A DNA stretch of 64,000 nucleotides from Alphaproteobacteria bacterium. GTDB taxonomy: Bacteria > Pseudomonadota > Alphaproteobacteria > SP197. Below, in pieces: positions 58,332-64,000 of the stretch. The position numbers and the translations under genes were made by a program. The stretch covers positions 960,001-1,024,000 of the forward strand of contig OZ245842.1 of the NCBI GenBank assembly GCA_965228895.1, in the 5' to 3' direction. Numbering within the stretch: position 1 is the stretch's first letter; each line of letters starts with the position of its first letter. A model generated the notes under the pieces. It was given only the letters and a program-made list of their open reading frames with translations, ran no database searches and was not told where the DNA came from.

Positions 58332-59198
58332 ATGTCGGTGGTCAGCTACATCAACGCCAACGATAGAAGCGTGGCGGTTCGATCGGCCGGTTCCGGTCAG
58401 CCTGTCGTTTTGCTGCACAGCTCGGCCAGCTCAAGCGCGCAGTGGCGCGATACGATGGCCGATATGGCGCCGGTGTTTCGTGTTCTCGCGCCGGATTTTC
58501 CCGGTTACGGCAAGAGCGCATGTTGGTCGGGTACGGCGCCACGTACATTGGCGACAGACTCCGGGATCGTTGCCGCGATCGCCGATGACTGTCGTGAGCC
58601 GATCCATCTGGTCGGCCATTCCTATGGTGGCGCGGTCGCTCTTTGGTATGCCATGCGCCATCCTGCGACCGTCAAAAGTCTGACGCTGATCGAGCCTGTT
58701 GCCTTCAATGTGTTGCGGTTCGGCGGCAGAGGCCGACGTTTCCTTTTCGATGAGATCAACGAAGTTGCGACTACGGTCGTGAACGCGCTTAGCCGGGGCG
58801 ATCATTTTTCCGGCATGGCGCACTTCATCGACTACTGGAATGGCCGCGGCACGTGGGATCAGCTGCCGCACGAACGCCAGGAAGTGCTCGCCGCTCAGAT
58901 CGAGAACATCGCCCAGGAGTTCAGTGCCGTCTTCGACGACCCAAGGTCGACGGACGCGTATGAGGACCTCCAGGTGCCGACGCAGATCATCCGCGGCGAC
59001 CAGTCGCGGGTACCGGCGATGAGCGTGGCCGCCAGCCTGGCGCGCGCCATACCCTCAGCGGCGTTGCAGACCATCGAAGGCGCCGGACACATGCTGCCGC
59101 TTACCCATAAGGCGTCGATCAAGCAGGCGATCAGCCAGCACATCGAACGGCACGCCCACACTATCGTCAACGTACCCGCGTTGCCCCAGGCGGCGTAG
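58332..59198 (+). CDS. Alpha/beta hydrolase
   Basis: LLHSSASS, DFPGYG, GHSYGG and GAGHMLPLTH. GGAG RBS. Confidence 0.9.
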   Translation: MSVVSYINANDRSVAVRSAGSGQPVVLLHSSASSSAQWRDTMADMAPVFRVLAPDFPGYGKSACWSGTAPRTLATDSGIVAAIADDCREPIHLVGHSYGGAVALWYAMRHPATVKSLTLIEPVAFNVLRFGGRGRRFLFDEINEVATTVVNALSRGDHFSGMAHFIDYWNGRGTWDQLPHERQEVLAAQIENIAQEFSAVFDDPRSTDAYEDLQVPTQIIRGDQSRVPAMSVAASLARAIPSAALQTIEGAGHMLPLTHKASIKQAISQHIERHAHTIVNVPALPQAA

Positions 59199-59234
59199 CC
59201 CGGCTCCATAACATCGACCGAGAGGACGTTCGTC

Positions 59235-60548
59235 ATGAACTACGAAACCAACAATCCTCAGACCCTCGCCGTTCATCATGGTTTCGATTCGGACCCGACG
59301 ACCGGCGCCGTGACCGTGCCGATCTATCAGTCCGCGGCTTTTACGTTCGAAAACACCGAGCACGCGGCTGATCTGTTCGCGTTGAAGCAGTTGGGCAACA
59401 TCTACACACGTGTCCAAAATCCGACCTGCGACGTGCTTGAGCAGCGCATCGCGGCGATGGAGGGTGGCGCGGCAGCGATGACGACCGCTTCCGGTCAGTC
59501 GGCGATCACATTTTCGCTCCTTAACATCGCCCAGGTGGGCGACAACATCGTTAGCTCGACCGACCTTTATGGCGGCAGCTGGAACCTGTTCTCCAACACG
59601 TTGCCGACCATGGGTGTTGAGGTGCGTTTTGTCGATCCGGCAGACCCGGACGCCTTCCGCAAGGCAACCGACGAACGGACCAGGGCGTACTTCGCCGAGA
59701 CGCTGCCCAATCCCAAGCTTGACGTCTTTCCTATTGCCGAGGTCGCGACCATTGGCGAGGAGCTAGGCGTGCCGCTGATCGTCGACAACACGGCCGCGCC
59801 GGTGATTTGCCGGCCGTTTGATCACGGCGCCCATATCATCGTCTATTCGGCGACCAAGTATATCGGTGGTCACGGCACGTCGATCGGTGGCCTGATTGTC
59901 GACGGCGGCAGGTTTGACTGGGAACGCCATGCAGCGCGGTTCCCGATGCTGAACCAGCCCGACCCCAGTTACCACGGCGCGGTCTGGACCGAAGCGACCA
60001 AGGAGATGGGTCCGGTTGCATACATCGTAAAGGCCCGCTGCACCCTGCAGCACGATCTCGGCGCACCAATGAGTCCGTTCAACGCCTTCCAGTTTCTGCA
60101 AGGCCTGGAGACCTTGCCGATCCGGATGCGCGAACACTGTCGTAACGCGCAAGTCGTTGCCGACTTCCTGGCGGGCCGCAAGGACGTCACGCGTGTCATT
60201 CATCCCGCCCATTCAGCCGGCGAGGTGCGCCGGCGCGCCCGCTCTTATCTCACGGGCGGTTTCGGCGGATTGGTTGGGTTCGAGATGGCTGAAGGCGCGG
60301 AGGCCGGCCGTCAATTCATCGACAACCTGACGCTTGCCTATCACTGCGCCAATATCGGCGACGCCCGTACACTGGCCATCCATCCGGCATCGACGACGCA
60401 CTCCCAGCTTACGGCCGACGAGCAGGCCGCAACCGGCGTGACGCCAGGTTACGTTCGACTGGCCGTCGGTATCGAGGATGTCGTTGATATCATCGGCGAC
60501 ATAAGCCAAGCGCTCGATGCGGTGACCACTGTTAAGAAAGCGGCGTGA
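59235..60548 (+). CDS. metY: O-acetylhomoserine aminocarboxypropyltransferase (sulfhydrylase)
   Basis: GNIYTRVQNPT, SATKYIGGHG (PLP Lys), ANIGDARTLAIHPASTTHSQL and RLAVGIE. Confidence 0.92.
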   Translation: MNYETNNPQTLAVHHGFDSDPTTGAVTVPIYQSAAFTFENTEHAADLFALKQLGNIYTRVQNPTCDVLEQRIAAMEGGAAAMTTASGQSAITFSLLNIAQVGDNIVSSTDLYGGSWNLFSNTLPTMGVEVRFVDPADPDAFRKATDERTRAYFAETLPNPKLDVFPIAEVATIGEELGVPLIVDNTAAPVICRPFDHGAHIIVYSATKYIGGHGTSIGGLIVDGGRFDWERHAARFPMLNQPDPSYHGAVWTEATKEMGPVAYIVKARCTLQHDLGAPMSPFNAFQFLQGLETLPIRMREHCRNAQVVADFLAGRKDVTRVIHPAHSAGEVRRRARSYLTGGFGGLVGFEMAEGAEAGRQFIDNLTLAYHCANIGDARTLAIHPASTTHSQLTADEQAATGVTPGYVRLAVGIEDVVDIIGDISQALDAVTTVKKAA

Positions 60549-60616
60549 TGATTGAAGCGGGCGGCTGGGCATCCTATAAGGACCCGGCCGCCTGTTCTTA
60601 GAACTGAGCGTGCGCC

Positions 60617-61549
60617 ATGCCCATTGTTCTGCCAGATGAGTTGCCCGCCCGGAACACCTTGATTGGTGAGGGTGTTGCGGTAACGGCCCATGAAGCGCCG
60701 TTGAAGGTGGCCCTGGTCAACCTGATGCCGCAAAAGTCAACCGCCGAACGCCAGTTCGCACGTATGCTGGCTTTTTCTCCATTTGCTGTTGATCTGACCT
60801 TGCTGTTGCCATCTGGTTATAAGCCGAAGACAACCGGACACGATCACCTGCGGCGTTTCTATCAGCGCTGGGAGGATGTCGCTCATCACCGGTTCGACGG
60901 ATTGATTGTCACCGGCGCGCCGGTCGAATTGCTGCCGTTCGGCGCCGTGACCTATTGGCGGTCACTCACGCGGCTCTTTGATTGGGCCGATGATCATGTC
61001 GGCCAGAGCCTCTATGTCTGCTGGGCGGCACAGGCAGCACTTTTTCACCGGCATGGCATTCTTAAGCGGCCGTTGCGGCAAAAGGCCTTCGGTCTCTACC
61101 CGCAATCCCTTGGCAATGGTGGACACTGGCTGGTACGTGGCATGGGTGACCGCATGACGACACCGGTATCGCGTCATACCACCGTCGACCAGCAGGCCAT
61201 CGATCGCGTCGGTGACCTGGTGACCCTGGCGGGTTCACCGGAGACTGGCCCCTGCCTGCTGAGTGACGACCAGCGGTCGTCGGCTTACATGTTCAACCAC
61301 CTGGAATACGAGGCCGATACGCTGTGGCAGGAATTCCGCCGCGATGCCTCGTCAAGTCCCGACATACCTCAGCCGGCGAACATGACGACGCATAAACGCG
61401 ATGCGTTGGGCCGACCGCCGTGGTGGCGCGATGCCCGTGTCTTCTTCGATAACTGGGTGGGTGCCATGGCCAGGCGGCGTTGCGCCGCCATTGTGCCGCA
61501 CCGTTTGCCGCAACAGCCTGTGGTCTCGCGCCAACTCTTGCCGTGCTGA
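60617..61549 (+). CDS. metA: Homoserine O-acyltransferase, MetA family (probably acetyl-CoA type)
   Basis: NLMPQK, DGLIVTGAPVE, VCWAAQAAL (catalytic Cys), PVSRHT and HLEY (His/Glu). Confidence 0.88.
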   Translation: MPIVLPDELPARNTLIGEGVAVTAHEAPLKVALVNLMPQKSTAERQFARMLAFSPFAVDLTLLLPSGYKPKTTGHDHLRRFYQRWEDVAHHRFDGLIVTGAPVELLPFGAVTYWRSLTRLFDWADDHVGQSLYVCWAAQAALFHRHGILKRPLRQKAFGLYPQSLGNGGHWLVRGMGDRMTTPVSRHTTVDQQAIDRVGDLVTLAGSPETGPCLLSDDQRSSAYMFNHLEYEADTLWQEFRRDASSSPDIPQPANMTTHKRDALGRPPWWRDARVFFDNWVGAMARRRCAAIVPHRLPQQPVVSRQLLPC

Positions 61550-61563
61550 CCTAATCGAGGTCG

Positions 61564-62313
61564 CTAGTCAGCTTCAGCTGTCTGATCGGCCTGGCCCGTC
61601 GGCACAAACATGTAGCCGACGCCGCGCACCGTCTTGATCGCCTGCGGCTTGGCGGGATCGGCTTCGACCTTGCGGCGCAGGCGCGCGACACGGATGTCGA
61701 TGCTGCGGTCGAACGGCTCCCAATCGCGGTTATGGGCGAGATCCAGCAACTGGTTGCGCGACAGAACACGATTGGGGTGTTCGGCAAGCGCACGGAGGAG
61801 ATCGAACTCCATGGCGGTAATGGCGATGTCGTTGCCATCGTCGTCCATCAGCTTGTGGCTCTCCAGATCCAGCCAGCAGGTGCCGAACCGGACGCGCTCA
61901 TGGGGCTGGTCGTCGCCGGTGCTGACACCGTCAGCCGCCATGTTGGTTCGCCGCAGCACAGCCTTGACGCGTGCCAGCAGCTCGCGCAGGTCGACCGGTT
62001 TGGCGAGGTAGTCATCCGCGCCCATCTCAAGACCAATGATGCGGTCGACCACTTCACCGGCGGCGGTCAGCATCATGATGGCGGTCTTGTGGTGTTCGCG
62101 CAGATAGCGGGCGAGCGATAGGCCGTCTTCGCCCGGCATGGCGATATCCAGGATTGCAAGTTGGACGCTGCTCTCCTCAAGGATCTTTCGCAGTTCGACA
62201 CCGCCTGACGCCGCGGTCACCCGAAAACCGTGGAGACTGAGATACTCACGAACCGTCTCTCGAATGTCGGGCTCGTCATCGACTACGACGATATGGACGC
62301 GATCGCCTCGCAC
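61564..62313 (-). CDS. OmpR/PhoB family response regulator
   Basis: VVDDE, LDIAMPGEDG, GADDYLAKP, DRSIDIRVARLRRK and IKTVRGVGY. GTG start with AGGAG RBS. Confidence 0.95.
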   Translation of the reverse strand: MRGDRVHIVVVDDEPDIRETVREYLSLHGFRVTAASGGVELRKILEESSVQLAILDIAMPGEDGLSLARYLREHHKTAIMMLTAAGEVVDRIIGLEMGADDYLAKPVDLRELLARVKAVLRRTNMAADGVSTGDDQPHERVRFGTCWLDLESHKLMDDDGNDIAITAMEFDLLRALAEHPNRVLSRNQLLDLAHNRDWEPFDRSIDIRVARLRRKVEADPAKPQAIKTVRGVGYMFVPTGQADQTAEAD

Positions 62314-62375
62314 GCTACTCTCCTTTTCGTCGGGCCGCTTCTATGCTCACCCGCCAAATCTGATCAATGTGCCGT

Positions 62376-64000
62376 CTACGTTGGGCCAGAATCCGCCATC
62401 TTGGCAAGCAGACGGCGAACATCCTTCGGTGAGATAGGTTTTTCTAGGTAGGGGCGCCCGGTCGAGGCCAGGAACTCGCGTGCCCTGCCGCTCATGGTGT
62501 CGCCGGTGATAAACGCCAGCTTGCCGACCAAGTCGCGGGAGTTGTCTGTTAGCTCCTGGAACAGGTCGTGGCCGTTGAAACCGGGCATTCTAAGGTCGCT
62601 TAGAATGATGTCGTAACCACCGCCTTGCAGACGTTCAAGCGCATCGGTGCCGGAATGGGCGAGATCGACCGAATAACCTTCCCGCTTGAGAATCTCACCG
62701 ATCAGTTCACCGACATCCGGCTCGTCGTCGATGACCAGGGCGCGGCCGCTGGTTTTCGTCTCTGTGAGTTGGTCCGTTGTTTCCTCGGCGGTTGATGCCG
62801 TGGTGCTAACCGGAAACCGGATCACAAAGGACGTGCCTTCGCCTTCTTTGCTCTCGACTTTCATCTTGCCGCCATGCGACTTGATGATGCGATGGCACAG
62901 CGCCAGCCCGATGCCCGTGCCGGTGCTGACATCCTTGGTCGTGAACAGCGGCTCGAAGATGCGGCGGCGGACGTGTTCAGGCATGCCCGGCCCGTTATCC
63001 TTGATCTTCAGCACCACTTCTTGATCGCGTTCGCGGAAGCTGGTGCTGATCTTTAGTTCGCGCTTGTCGTCCCTGTCGCGCTCATCAAGGGCATGCTGTG
63101 CGTTGACGATCAGATTGACCAGGACCTGCTGCAGTTGGGCGGCATCGGCATGGATCGGCGGCAGCTCGCGCGCCATGCGGACCTGAACCTTGATGTTGGA
63201 GCCGCGCAAGGCATAGCCGGTAAACTCAAGAGCCGCATCGACGGTGTCGCGCAGATTGATATCGCGGGCCTTGGTCGGTTCCTGGCGCGCCATGGCGAGG
63301 AACGTCTTGACGATCCTGGCGCAGCGGTCGGCGGCATTGCCGATCCGTTCGGCCCTGAGTTTGACCGTCGGGTCTTCCGCCGTCTCGCGCAACAGAAGCG
63401 CCTGGCCGACCAGGACCGAAAGCGGATTGTTGAGTTCATGGGCGATGCCGGCAAGAAGCTCGCCGAGTGCGCTGAGCTTTTCGGTTTGGTGAAGCGCCTC
63501 GCGTTGCAGGGCCATCTCCGCTTCGATTTCATGCTGGTGGGTCATGTCAGCGGAACTGAAAACGATGACTTCCTCACCGTCGAACTCAATCAGGCGGGCC
63601 GATAGTTGCCCCGGAAACTTGCTGCCATCGGTACGCTTGAACGTCAGGTCAAAGTTGTCGACGCCACCGTCGCGCCTAAGCGCCTCCATATAGCGGTCGC
63701 GATCGTTGGGATCGGCGAAGTTGTCGATTCCGAAGGCCGCTTCCACATTGCTGCCGCGCTTGAAAAGCGCCTTGGAAGCGGGGCTCTCGTAAAGGATGAG
63801 GCTGTCTGCGGCGCGAGTCATGCCGAAGGGAACGGGGCAGGCTTCCAGCAGACGATGGACGAGGGCATTGCTCTCGCGCACCGCCGCCTCGGCCGCCTTG
63901 AGCGCTGTGATATCGGTTCTGAGCGACGCGATACCGCCATCCGATGTCGGGTGGCGCGTGATCAGCCACCACTCGCCGGTCTTAAGATGCAGTTCGATGG
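62376..64000 (-). CDS. Hybrid sensor histidine kinase (PAS, HisKA, HATPase, REC), 5' truncated by window
   Basis: Frame is open to the window end (IELHLKTGEWWLITRHPTSDGGIASLRTDIT, a PAS end). [19 protein letters not shown]; receiver motifs IDDE and SDLRMP. Confidence 0.93.
   Translation of the reverse strand, partial: IELHLKTGEWWLITRHPTSDGGIASLRTDITALKAAEAAVRESNALVHRLLEACPVPFGMTRAADSLILYESPASKALFKRGSNVEAAFGIDNFADPNDRDRYMEALRRDGGVDNFDLTFKRTDGSKFPGQLSARLIEFDGEEVIVFSSADMTHQHEIEAEMALQREALHQTEKLSALGELLAGIAHELNNPLSVLVGQALLLRETAEDPTVKLRAERIGNAADRCARIVKTFLAMARQEPTKARDINLRDTVDAALEFTGYALRGSNIKVQVRMARELPPIHADAAQLQQVLVNLIVNAQHALDERDRDDKRELKISTSFRERDQEVVLKIKDNGPGMPEHVRRRIFEPLFTTKDVSTGTGIGLALCHRIIKSHGGKMKVESKEGEGTSFVIRFPVSTTASTAEETTDQLTETKTSGRALVIDDEPDVGELIGEILKREGYSVDLAHSGTDALERLQGGGYDIILSDLRMPGFNGHDLFQELTDNSRDLVGKLAFITGDTMSGRAREFLASTGRPYLEKPISPKDVRRLLAKMADSGPT

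Overview
GC-rich bacterial DNA, most likely alphaproteobacterial judging from gene content, densely coding and mostly metabolic. I see no rRNA, tRNA, CRISPR array, integrase or transposase. Protein identities come from motifs and recalled reference sequences; no database was searched. In order the window holds: (1) a polyamine-type ABC transporter, an SDR, a TauD dioxygenase, tdh-kbl, an orphan TIM barrel and a PdxA2-type dehydrogenase; (2) a CmcJ/NvfI-type oxygenase, a LysR with a truncated partner gene, and an orphan permease pair; (3) a vitamin B6 catabolic operon (pyridoxamine-pyruvate transaminase, pyridoxal 4-dehydrogenase, 4-pyridoxolactonase, FHMPC dehydrogenase, BMP-type ABC importer, divergent FadR/GntR) that lacks the known decarboxylase, flavin ring-cleavage oxygenase and amidohydrolase and instead starts with a gentisate/salicylate-1,2-dioxygenase-like cupin and a His-rich LVIVD-type beta-propeller; (4) an accessory block at 24.9-32.2 kb with a secreted Gly/Ser/His tandem-repeat protein, a lipoprotein/coiled-coil pair and a three-gene operon of TPR protein, catalytically intact CHAT (caspase-like) protease and small membrane-type protein; (5) an Opp/Dpp ABC system with a homocysteine methyltransferase and a GST; (6) aspT-aspD; (7) three paralogous hybrid PAS histidine kinases, an RND pump, mscL, an OmpR-family regulator, a TTC38-like gene and a hydrolase-metY-metA operon, where the last two promoters share an identical phased-repeat layout. 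The best candidates for undescribed systems are the TPR-CHAT-substrate operon, the variant B6 ring-cleavage route and the two-component-controlled TTC38/met regulon.
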